A DNA stretch of 64,000 nucleotides. Origin: Candidatus Latescibacterota bacterium. GTDB lineage: Bacteria; Latescibacterota; UBA2968; UBA8231. Below, piece by piece: positions 19,884-28,485 of the stretch. Position numbers and translations under genes: made by a program. The DNA is taken from the NCBI GenBank assembly GCA_965219385.1, contig CBDCNM010000002.1, positions 1,978,936-2,042,935 of the forward strand, given 5' to 3'. The notes below the pieces were generated by a model. The model was not told where the DNA came from. It did no database searches and saw only the letters and a list, made by a program, of their open reading frames with translations. Numbering within the stretch: position 1 is the first letter of the stretch; every line of letters starts with the position of its first letter.

Positions 19884-20840
19884 ATGAAAGTGGTTTTGGG
19901 CCAGGATCTGGGCGAAGAATTCCTGGACGACCTGCGCGCCACCTTCCCCCAGATCGACATCCAGCCGGCCTACACCAGCGACGATCAGCTGCGAGAAATA
20001 CCCGACGCCGAAGTCCTGATCGGCACCATGTCCCAGGACGTATTCCTGGCCGCTGGACAACTGCAATGGTTCCAGTTTATCGGCATAGGCTTCGACCCCT
20101 TCGTGCGCGGCATCCCCGGATTCGTGGAAAGCGGTCTCGTGCTCACCAACTGCAGGGAGACCCATGTCGTTTCCATGGCCGACCACGTCCTGGCCATGAT
20201 CCTGGCCTTTGCCCACTACCTCCCCGAGCTGCTGGAAGACCAGCGCGCTCATACCTGGGATGCCCCCCGCTACAAGGGCCGCATGGTGGAACTGGCCGGC
20301 ACCACCATGGGCATTCTCGCCCTGGGCGATATCGGCCGGGCCGTGGCGCAACGGGCCCGAGGGTTCGACATGGAGATCTACGCCGCGGACATCGCAGACA
20401 TCGAACCGCCCCCCGGAGTGCGGGCGGTGTGGGGCCTCGACAGGCTGGATGAAATGCTGGCGCTTTCCGACTGGCTGGTGATCACCGCCCCACTCACCGG
20501 ACTGTCCCACAACCTGATCGACCACAAACGCCTGGAACACCTCAAACCCGGGGCCCATATCATCGTGGTATCGAGAGGCCATATCGTCGACCAGGAAGCC
20601 CTGATTCAGGGCCTCGGATCCGGCCGCATCGGCGGGGCCGCCCTGGATGCACTGGACCAGGAACCACTGCCCCCGGACAACCCGCTATGGGACTTGCCCA
20701 ACGTGATTATATCGCCCCACACCTCGGCCGATTCTACGCCGATGTGGGAACGCCGCAAACAAATAGCCAAAGAAAACCTGCGCCGCTACCTGGTGGGCGA
20801 ATCCCTTATGTACGTGTGCGACAAAAAAGCTGGGTACTAA
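19884..20840 (+). CDS. D-2-hydroxyacid dehydrogenase family
   Basis: GILALGDIG, APLT, VSRG, AALDALDQEPLP, ISPHTS; AGGAGG SD. Confidence 0.93.
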   Translation: MKVVLGQDLGEEFLDDLRATFPQIDIQPAYTSDDQLREIPDAEVLIGTMSQDVFLAAGQLQWFQFIGIGFDPFVRGIPGFVESGLVLTNCRETHVVSMADHVLAMILAFAHYLPELLEDQRAHTWDAPRYKGRMVELAGTTMGILALGDIGRAVAQRARGFDMEIYAADIADIEPPPGVRAVWGLDRLDEMLALSDWLVITAPLTGLSHNLIDHKRLEHLKPGAHIIVVSRGHIVDQEALIQGLGSGRIGGAALDALDQEPLPPDNPLWDLPNVIISPHTSADSTPMWERRKQIAKENLRRYLVGESLMYVCDKKAGY

Positions 20841-20864
20841 AATGGCTAAAATGGGAGGAGGCGA

Positions 20865-21791
20865 ATGAACCGGGTACCACCCGAAGAATACGGCACCTGC
20901 ATGGTGCGCCCCGACGATTTCGACCCATTCTGGGACGATATCCTGGCCCAGGCCGCTCAGATTCCGCTCAACCCCTCGGTCGAGCCCCTGCCCTTGCGCT
21001 CCACCCCGGAGGTCGAGGTCTACGAAGTCCACTACGACAGCCTGGACGGGATACGGATCGCCGGCTGGTACTGCCTGCCGGTTTCGCGCCGGGAAAAACT
21101 GCCGGCCATCCTGCACGTGCCCGGCTACAACCAGGACCCCCCCATTCCCAAGGACAGCGCCCGCCTCGGCTATGCCGCCTTCAGCGCTGCACCCCGCGGC
21201 AAAATCCGCAGCAACGCGCAGTTTAATCCAGGCTACCCGGGCCTCCTGACCCACAACATCGTCGACCGCAACACCTATTCCTACCGGGGTTTTTACATCG
21301 ATGCGGTGCGGGCCTTTGACTTCTTGCTGGACCGCGCCGAAGTCGACCCCGAACGCATCGGCGTGACCGGCAGCAGCCAGGGCGGCGCCCTGACCCTGGT
21401 GGTATCCGGGTTGCGCCCGCAGGTCAGGGCCGCGGCTGCCGGCGCACCCTATCTGTGCGGTTTCATGGATGCAATCGAGTTGACCCACACCTACCCCTAC
21501 CAGGAGATCCGCGACTATGTGCGGCTCTACCCCGAGCGCCGGGAAAGGGTGGGCCGGACCCTGGCCTACTTCGACGGCATCCACTTCGGTCCGCGGATCA
21601 AGTCTCCGATCATCGTCAATATCGGCCTGCGGGACAATGTCTGCCCGCCCGAGACCGGGTACGCGGCCTTCAAAACCATCGCCTCCCAGGACAAGACCCT
21701 CTACCCCTACGATCAGAGCGGTCACGACGCCGGCGGTCCGGCCCACAAACCCATCCTCGACGCCTTCTTCGCCAAACACCTCAATCCCTGA
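20865..21791 (+). CDS. Acetylxylan esterase / cephalosporin-C deacetylase (CE7)
   Basis: RPDDFDPFW, GSSQGG nucleophile, GLRDNVCPP (Asp), SGHD (His). Confidence 0.92.
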   Translation: MNRVPPEEYGTCMVRPDDFDPFWDDILAQAAQIPLNPSVEPLPLRSTPEVEVYEVHYDSLDGIRIAGWYCLPVSRREKLPAILHVPGYNQDPPIPKDSARLGYAAFSAAPRGKIRSNAQFNPGYPGLLTHNIVDRNTYSYRGFYIDAVRAFDFLLDRAEVDPERIGVTGSSQGGALTLVVSGLRPQVRAAAAGAPYLCGFMDAIELTHTYPYQEIRDYVRLYPERRERVGRTLAYFDGIHFGPRIKSPIIVNIGLRDNVCPPETGYAAFKTIASQDKTLYPYDQSGHDAGGPAHKPILDAFFAKHLNP

Positions 21792-21808
21792 AACAAGGGG
21801 CAACCAAA

Positions 21809-22717
21809 ATGCCGGACTCATTCCACCACACCACCCTGCGCCCCCCCGACTTCGATGCCTACTGGCAACGCCTACTCCGGGAGCTGGACGCCGTCCCGCT
21901 CGCGCCCGAAGAAGAGGAAATCCCGCTCCGCTCCACTGAGTTCTGCACCACCTATGGGGTGCGCTTCACCGGCATCGGCCCCTACCGGCTCTTCGGCTAC
22001 CTGAGTATACCTCAAGGCGAAGGTCCTTTTCCCGCCCTGATCTACCTGAAGCCCTACCGCAGCGTGGTGGAAGTGATCCCGCAGGGCGCGGCCAATGAGA
22101 ATCGGCAGCGCTTTGTCGTCTTTTCCCCGGCGACCCGGGGTCAGCGCAACGCCGACCGGCCCTACGCCGCCTCGTTTCCCGGGGTTTTAACCGCTGGCAT
22201 CGAGGATCCCCGCACCTACGTGTACCGGGGTGTAACAGCGGACTGCTGCCGCGCCGTGGACTACCTGCTGACGCGGCCCGAGGTGGACCGCGGTCGGGTC
22301 GCCGCAGTGGGGGATGGCGACATGCCGCTGCTGGCGGCGGCCCTGCGGCCCGGCCTGACCCACGCCGTGGCCCAGCCGGCGTTTTTCTACGCCGCCGTGG
22401 CCCGGGCGCCCCGCGCTCAGGCCTATCCCCTGGCGGAAATCAACGACTACCTGCGCAGCTTCCCCGCGCGCCGCCAGGACATGGCCCGCACCCTAGCTTA
22501 TTTCGATCCGCTCTTCTTCGCCCCCTCCATCCGCATACCGACCCTGATGTGGGGCGACCCCGCCGTCCTCGCGCCCCTGTCCACGGCCATGGTAGGAGAG
22601 GTGCAGGTGCGGGAGACAGAGCATTCGAGCTACAAAGACGGACGCTTTGAAGAACACTGGCTGGCCCGGCAAATGGGCTTTGCCGAGCCCATCTTGCCGG
22701 GCCACTGGCAGGATTGA
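21809..22717 (+). CDS. CE7 esterase paralogue lacking the catalytic GxSxG serine
   Basis: RPPDFDAYW, RGQ, YRG..ADCCRAVDYL and LAYFD conserved; nucleophile elbow reads VGDGDMP. Confidence 0.85.
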   Translation: MPDSFHHTTLRPPDFDAYWQRLLRELDAVPLAPEEEEIPLRSTEFCTTYGVRFTGIGPYRLFGYLSIPQGEGPFPALIYLKPYRSVVEVIPQGAANENRQRFVVFSPATRGQRNADRPYAASFPGVLTAGIEDPRTYVYRGVTADCCRAVDYLLTRPEVDRGRVAAVGDGDMPLLAAALRPGLTHAVAQPAFFYAAVARAPRAQAYPLAEINDYLRSFPARRQDMARTLAYFDPLFFAPSIRIPTLMWGDPAVLAPLSTAMVGEVQVRETEHSSYKDGRFEEHWLARQMGFAEPILPGHWQD

Positions 22718-22734
22718 ATCCGGAGGGGACAAAA

Positions 22735-23460
22735 ATGACCCAGCCCCTGCGCATCGGCATCCTCTACCCCCTGCACTCGGCCGAGGATGACTACCCCCGC
22801 CTGGCCGAAGCCCTAACTCCGCCGGTCGAAGTAGACGTGGTCCACACCAAAAGCCCCAACCTGCACCAGATCGAGCAAAGCCTCGTGACCGGCAGCAAGG
22901 AGTATCTCCTCGACGGCGCCCGCCAGCTGCAGTCCCGCTCCGTGGCGGTCTGCATGTGGGCCTGCACCAGCGGCTCCTTCGCCTTTGGCCTGGAGGGCGC
23001 GCGGCAGCAGGTCCAGGACATCGCCGACGCGCTCGGGGTGCCCGCTTCCAGCACCTCGCTGGCCTTTCTCAGCGCGGTCCGGGCCCTGGGCCGCGAACGG
23101 GTGGCCGTGGCCGCGACCTACCCCGAGGACCTGTCCAATGCCTTCCGCGCCTTTCTGGCCACCGCCGGGATCGAGGTCGTGCACCTGGGCTGCCTGGGCA
23201 TCTGGACCGGCGACGAAGTCGGCCTGGTAGAGCGCGACGAGATCCTCGACTTTGTCCGGGCCAACGACCACCCCGAGGCCCAGGCCGTGCTGGTGCCGGA
23301 CACTGCCCTGCACACCGCGGCCTTTCTCCCCGAACTCGAAGCCCACGTGGGCAAGACCGTGCTGACCGCCAACCAGGTAACCATGTGGGAGGCCCTGCGC
23401 CTAACCGGCGCCCTGACCCCCCAGAAGGATCTGGGGCACTTGATGACGCTTGCGCCCTAG
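22735..23460 (+). CDS. Asp/Glu racemase / maleate isomerase / arylmalonate decarboxylase family
   Basis: RIGILYP, WACTSGSF, VAATYP, VPDTALH, VLTANQVTMW. Confidence 0.9.
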   Translation: MTQPLRIGILYPLHSAEDDYPRLAEALTPPVEVDVVHTKSPNLHQIEQSLVTGSKEYLLDGARQLQSRSVAVCMWACTSGSFAFGLEGARQQVQDIADALGVPASSTSLAFLSAVRALGRERVAVAATYPEDLSNAFRAFLATAGIEVVHLGCLGIWTGDEVGLVERDEILDFVRANDHPEAQAVLVPDTALHTAAFLPELEAHVGKTVLTANQVTMWEALRLTGALTPQKDLGHLMTLAP

Positions 23461-23472
23461 AAAGACAACGAC

Positions 23473-23946
23473 ATGGCTCGATACATCGAGGTGAAACTCC
23501 TCAAGCGCAATATCAGCTGCATCGCCCTTTTGCTCGACGACCTGGCCCCGCGCACCTGCGAGGCCCTGTGGCAGGCCCTGCCCCAGGGCGACGATGCCTT
23601 CCACGCCAAATACGCCAGCAACGAGGTCTACACCCTGGTCCCCCCTTTCGCCGCGGACGAACCCGGCCTCGAAAACCCCACCCTCACCCCGATCACCGGC
23701 GATCTGGTCTACTTCTTTTTTCCGTCCGGTCTGATCACCCGCCCGGACGCGAGGGGCAAGGCCGTGGTGGACCTGGCCATCTTCTACGGCCGCGACAACC
23801 TCCTCCTGTCGCCCACCATGGGTCCGATCCCCGGCAACCGCTTTGGTGAAATCACCGAGAACCTGGAGGAGATGGTGCAGGCTTGCGACAATATCTGGCG
23901 CGAGGGCTTTGCCGGCGAGAAGCTGATCTTCAGTCGGGTGGAATGA
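23473..23946 (+). CDS. DUF3830 family (cyclophilin-like fold) protein
   Basis: APRTC, FHAKYASNEVY, ENPT..P..GD, DLAIFYGR. Confidence 0.85.
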   Translation: MARYIEVKLLKRNISCIALLLDDLAPRTCEALWQALPQGDDAFHAKYASNEVYTLVPPFAADEPGLENPTLTPITGDLVYFFFPSGLITRPDARGKAVVDLAIFYGRDNLLLSPTMGPIPGNRFGEITENLEEMVQACDNIWREGFAGEKLIFSRVE

Positions 23947-24022
23947 GGCGATCCATCAGACAGCAAGGCCAGCAACGCCTCGCTCAACCGTCATTCGGCG
24001 GCGAGAGCAACGCAGGAGTGTT

Positions 24023-26575
24023 ATGACCGGTAAGCGTCCATTTCCCACGGTGTGGATGCTGCTCTTTTTGGGCGTCTTGTCCGTCTGTATGCAGTACGTC
24101 ACGGTAGAAAAATTCTCGGTGTTCCCGCCGGGTAGAAGCCACGTCACTTGGGCGAACTTCGTCCGCGCTGTCGAGAAGCAGATCACTTTCGGCCCGCTCG
24201 ATGTCCTGCTCGTCGCCCTGTTCCTCGTTTCCACCGCGTTCGTCTTGTACAAAGAGGTGCGCCACCGGGTGCTCACCGACTTTTTGCAGGACTGTTTTGC
24301 CAGCCAGCGCAAGACCTTGTGGCTGCTCGCGGGCTGTTTGCTGGTCTGCGTCCGCTTTTACCTTGCCCGCGGCGAGTTGAGTTGGGTCGCCGACGCCTCC
24401 CACCAAATTGCCACATCCTGGGCGGCCGCTTCAGCCATCGCCGACGGCCAGGTGCCTGTCTGGACGTTCTTCTTGGGCACAGGCTCTCCCTACCTGCAAA
24501 ACTATGGCTTCGCCTTCTTCTGCCTGGTCGGGCTCGTCGATCTGATCGTTGGCGACCTCTCTGTGTCGTTGAAACTGGCCATGGCCGCCGCGCGCGTGCT
24601 GTCCGGGATCGGCATGTACTATCTGGCGGCCAGCCTGTGCCGCTCGCGCCGCGCCGGGTTTATCGCCGGGCTGGGCTACGCCCTGTGTTTTTGGCATACC
24701 CAGCACGTGCTCATTATGGGCCGCTTGGCGCTGTCGCTTTTTTACGCGCTCTTGCCGTGGGCCTTCTACGGGGTAGAGCGCGTCGTCTCCTCGCCGTACA
24801 AGGTGCGGGCGGCTCTTTTGGGCGGGCTCAGCATGGCCCTGCTCAATTTCACGCACCCAGGCTATGGGACCTACGCGATGGTGCTGTTGGGCTGCTACAG
24901 TGTGGTGCGATTGTGGTCTTGTTGGGGCCGCCCGGACACAGGGGCAATTTTTCGCGCCGGCGTCTTGCTTTTTGTCCTGGGCGTCGCCTTTGGGTCCTAC
25001 ATGAACGTCGGGATGTGGTTCGAGCGCGCATACACCATGATACACGGCCTCAGCATGGACATGTCGAAAGGCCCCGATCCCACCTGGCGACATGTGCTGG
25101 GCTGGTCGAACTTCCGCTTTTGGCTGATTCCCCCCGAGCCGTTTCACTGGTCCGGCGGGTACTTGGGCGTCTCTTTGGGTGTAGTGGCGTTGGCCGGTGG
25201 CGTGGTGGCACTACGACGGCGCGACAAGCGCGGCGCGGCGTGTTGGGTCTGTCTGATCCTGACCATCTTGGCCGTGTTTGCCTACCGGTTGCCGCCGGTT
25301 AGTATGCTACCGATGATCCATGCCTTCAACGCAGCGCGCTATTTGGTCTTTTTGTCCTTTTTCCTCGCGCTAGCCGCGGGTATCGGCGCCTATATGCTCT
25401 TGCAGCATGGTCCCCGGTTGTTTGCGCGGAGCCGCCCCCATACACGGCGGAAGGTGAGAAAGAGGTCGAAGAAGAAGGCCCTGCAACACCATCCCAGAGG
25501 GCTTTCGCGGAGCCGCTGGGGTACCCTCTTGCTCCTCGTGGTATGGGTTGATCTGTTCCCCACGACGTTTGTTCATCTCTATTATCCAGAAAATTATTCA
25601 CCTACGGGTTGGCCGCCGGAGACCTTTGCGGACGTTAGGGAGGCGGCCACGCCCTTTATCGAGCGGGACGAATTACCCAATTACCGGGCGCATTGGATCG
25701 GCGAGGGCGTCTACGTCTTCAAGCGGCGGGCGCGTATGCTCTATATGGGCGCGACGCCGATTGCGGAGGCGTTCCATCCGGGGGAATTGCGCACCCTCAA
25801 CACCTTTATCTATCCCTTCACCGATTGGGCGCACTCGCTGTTGCCGGAGATGGAATCGCTCGAACAGTTCCTCCAAGCCCACCCGTACCGCGACCAGCTA
25901 ATGGCGGGTTTTTATCTCCTCAATACGCGCTGGGTGATCGCGACCTCAAATCAGCACAAGTCCGGCTTTATCTTTTCTCTAGAAGATTACAGCCCCATCG
26001 TCGTCTCCGGGCGCCTGGCCGGCTACGACGAAAAGGCCGTTGACCTTGCCGACATCACCGAGCGATTCCATCTCCGGCAACAGCCTGTAATCCCAACACG
26101 ATTCGGCGCGGACTCGGCTGGGAAGGATTCGGTCGCGGTCGAGCAAGCCTTGTGGATCATCCTTCAGACGGGCCTCCACCAACCAACAGGGACCCTTTCC
26201 TGTGAGCGCATCCTCGTCCGGGACAGGGAGGGGGAGCACGACCTGGGGACAACCCCCACGGCGCAGGTCCTCTCCCATGTGGTGGACCACAAGCGGGTAG
26301 AACTGCGGGTGGCGGTCTCCGCCGACTGCTATGCGCGGCTGGCCTACGCCTATTTTCCCTATCTGCAGGTCACCGTCGACGGGACGCCCGTTCAGCCGAT
26401 GGAAACGGCCGGTCGTTTTGTGGCGCTACCCCTAGAGGCCGGCGAACACGACATTGTGCTCCAGGCGCGGCTTTCCCCGTTGCGGAGGGGCCTTCTCGTG
26501 CTCAGTGGAGTTTTGCTGGTAGGGGCTTTGGCTCTGGTACTCAGGGAGCAGAGGCGCAGTAAAAAGAAAACGTGA
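24023..26575 (+). CDS. Polytopic membrane protein, YfhO/GT-C glycosyltransferase-like
   Basis: Many TM segments; DASHQ, GSPYLQNYG, YLGV; C-terminal AYFP...VTVDG...LEAGEHDI. Confidence 0.75.
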   Translation: MTGKRPFPTVWMLLFLGVLSVCMQYVTVEKFSVFPPGRSHVTWANFVRAVEKQITFGPLDVLLVALFLVSTAFVLYKEVRHRVLTDFLQDCFASQRKTLWLLAGCLLVCVRFYLARGELSWVADASHQIATSWAAASAIADGQVPVWTFFLGTGSPYLQNYGFAFFCLVGLVDLIVGDLSVSLKLAMAAARVLSGIGMYYLAASLCRSRRAGFIAGLGYALCFWHTQHVLIMGRLALSLFYALLPWAFYGVERVVSSPYKVRAALLGGLSMALLNFTHPGYGTYAMVLLGCYSVVRLWSCWGRPDTGAIFRAGVLLFVLGVAFGSYMNVGMWFERAYTMIHGLSMDMSKGPDPTWRHVLGWSNFRFWLIPPEPFHWSGGYLGVSLGVVALAGGVVALRRRDKRGAACWVCLILTILAVFAYRLPPVSMLPMIHAFNAARYLVFLSFFLALAAGIGAYMLLQHGPRLFARSRPHTRRKVRKRSKKKALQHHPRGLSRSRWGTLLLLVVWVDLFPTTFVHLYYPENYSPTGWPPETFADVREAATPFIERDELPNYRAHWIGEGVYVFKRRARMLYMGATPIAEAFHPGELRTLNTFIYPFTDWAHSLLPEMESLEQFLQAHPYRDQLMAGFYLLNTRWVIATSNQHKSGFIFSLEDYSPIVVSGRLAGYDEKAVDLADITERFHLRQQPVIPTRFGADSAGKDSVAVEQALWIILQTGLHQPTGTLSCERILVRDREGEHDLGTTPTAQVLSHVVDHKRVELRVAVSADCYARLAYAYFPYLQVTVDGTPVQPMETAGRFVALPLEAGEHDIVLQARLSPLRRGLLVLSGVLLVGALALVLREQRRSKKKT

Positions 26576-26850
26576 CGCGCGTTTTGGGAGTTTTTCCAAT
26601 GCGGGTCAACCCGTCTCAGGCCAGCGGCTCGGGGCCGCAGGGTGCCCGGGGCCGCTTGGGTAACGCGAAATGCAGCGCAGGTCGAGGGTCAATTCCCCGA
26701 CGGAGCCGAACGATCGGCAACCCGCTGTTCACGTAAGCCGCGATCATGAGCGCCGCCAACAACGCCTGTGAGAAGCTACACAATGCCCAAAATCCAACGG
26801 CAGAAGTGTCGGGAAGGTTGTCTAAAACCAATTAACCACGGAGTTGAGCC

Positions 26851-27384
26851 ATGAAACGACTGTTGGCCGCGAGCATTGCCCTCATCTTGGCATCGGGGAT
26901 AATCGCCTGTGATACTGGACCTACCGGACCCGAGGCCGACCTCGTTGGCACATGGACGTTTGAGGGGACGGATCTCATCGAGGTTTTCTCCCAGCGCTTC
27001 GAAGCCTTCCTCGTCAATCAGGGATGGAGCCGAACTGGCGCTAAGGCGTTTGTTGATGTCGCGTTCGCCGATGCCGAAGAGTATGTTAGAAATCTAAGAT
27101 CAATGGAGCGCTACAATGCGGACAGTACGTGGGAGGACAACCATGGCAACAAAGGAACATGGCGCATTGAGGACGACGATCTCATCATCACCAATGAAGA
27201 TGGTGCCATCACGAGAGCAAGGTACTTCCTGGACGGAGATGACCTGACGATCATATTCACCAAGGCACAATTCCTGGCGATTCTCAGACAAGCGGAAGAT
27301 TTCGATGCGGCGGTTTACGAAATGTATAAAGAGATTCTGGACGAAAACGACGTCGTGAGATCCTTCTACAAGAGGAAATCCTGA
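26851..27384 (+). CDS. Hypothetical lipoprotein (lipocalin-like)
   Basis: Lipobox IIAC, LVGTW, GTWRIEDDDLII. Confidence 0.75.
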   Translation: MKRLLAASIALILASGIIACDTGPTGPEADLVGTWTFEGTDLIEVFSQRFEAFLVNQGWSRTGAKAFVDVAFADAEEYVRNLRSMERYNADSTWEDNHGNKGTWRIEDDDLIITNEDGAITRARYFLDGDDLTIIFTKAQFLAILRQAEDFDAAVYEMYKEILDENDVVRSFYKRKS

Positions 27385-27440
27385 GCCGTTCCAACCGACA
27401 TGAGATTGCCCAGGGCATTCACCGGCCCGTCTGCGGGAAA

Positions 27441-27878
27441 TCACGCCTGGGTGGCCTTTTGCTTTCGAGGCCGGCCCCGGGGATGCCCTTCTCGCCACCT
27501 TTCGACAGCCGCCAAGTCTTTTTCCGAGTACATCGTCCCGGCCATATCGGGACGGATGCCCACCTCCTGGCCGGCGGCGCGCATGGCCTGAATGACCATC
27601 TGCAGCGCCCGGAGGCCAATCCCCACTTGCTCGGCGAGTTCAGCCGCAGTGAAGATCTCACCTTCAGTAGGCGTCTCGTCGACGATGGCCTGGGGCTCTT
27701 TGCGGATGAGTTCGAGGTTGACTCGCTCACTGGCGTCCTCAATCTCAATGCGCACGAGTCTGCCTTCGGCATCAAAATCAAAGACAAAGCCTTCGCATAC
27801 CTCCTCTGACGCAACGCTCCTGGCATTCGACAGCTTGATGTTGAGCATGTCCAGTGTAGGGTAGAACTGGAGTTCCAT
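27441..27878 (-). CDS. DUF2283 antitoxin-like domain fused to a C-terminal HTH
   Basis: FYPTLDMLNIKL...FDFDAEGRLVRIEIEDAS, then FTAAELAEQVGI...YSEKDL...RGRPRK. Confidence 0.8.
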   Translation of the reverse strand: MELQFYPTLDMLNIKLSNARSVASEEVCEGFVFDFDAEGRLVRIEIEDASERVNLELIRKEPQAIVDETPTEGEIFTAAELAEQVGIGLRALQMVIQAMRAAGQEVGIRPDMAGTMYSEKDLAAVERWREGHPRGRPRKQKATQA

Positions 27879-27890
27879 CGAACCTTCCTT

Positions 27891-27980
27891 TTACTGCGGC
27901 TGGTAATTTCGGTCGAAGAATGCAGTGTGAACCGTTTTGCCGTCGGGCATCACGACGACCCGCAGATAGCGATTTCGTTC
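27891..27980 (-). pseudogene. C-terminal remnant of a DUF4258/RelE-like toxin
   Basis: Manual translation ERNRYLRVVVMPDGKTVHTAFFDRNYQPQ*; preceded in frame by TGA, no start codon. Confidence 0.7.
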
Positions 27981-28260
27981 TCACCGGTGTTTAATAGTAA
28001 TATATTGCGAATAATAAATCAAATAATATTCGCGAAAGTGGAATATAATAAAGCCTCAGTCCGCACCGATGCGTGCGAGCAGCTCGTCGACGCTGGTCGC
28101 TGCGCGATGGCGAGCCGGTGATTCTCAACGATGAAGAAAACCTTTACCAGCGTTCGACCGCTGATGTATGTGAGCGATGGGATAACGAGCGTTTCTTCCT
28201 CCAGCGATCGGGCCATAAAAGCCGGTAGTGCCAATGTCTCGATGGTGCACTCTCCCGGTA

Positions 28261-28342
28261 TGCTGGCGGCCAAGAGGCGAAAAGACGGCCCAAGACGCCG
28301 CCCCGGCTTGACCAACCCCAAAAGGCTCTTTATAATTCCTAA
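28261..28342 (+). mobile_element. IS91/ISCR-like oriIS end (82 bp, copy 1) with outward TTGACC-17-TATAAT promoter
   Basis: Identical to 35939-36020, which adjoins an IS91 transposase remnant. Confidence 0.8.
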
Positions 28343-28485
28343 AACCAGATAGACATACAGCATACGTAATTCGTGAAATTATCCGCCGCTTCAAATGTCA
28401 CTTTTTCCTTGTAAAAACAAATACTTATATCAATACATCAGATTTCACATCTCATTTAGGATTGATATAGAATTGAGGATATGAT

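Noticed and set aside
26843..27400. Lipoprotein as an integron cassette (GTTGAGC just before the ATG)
   Set aside because: No matching RYYYAAC or attC stem after the stop; the motif overlaps the SD
28019..28394. Short ORFs around IS-end copy 1
   Set aside because: They run through the non-coding repeat and show no protein motifs
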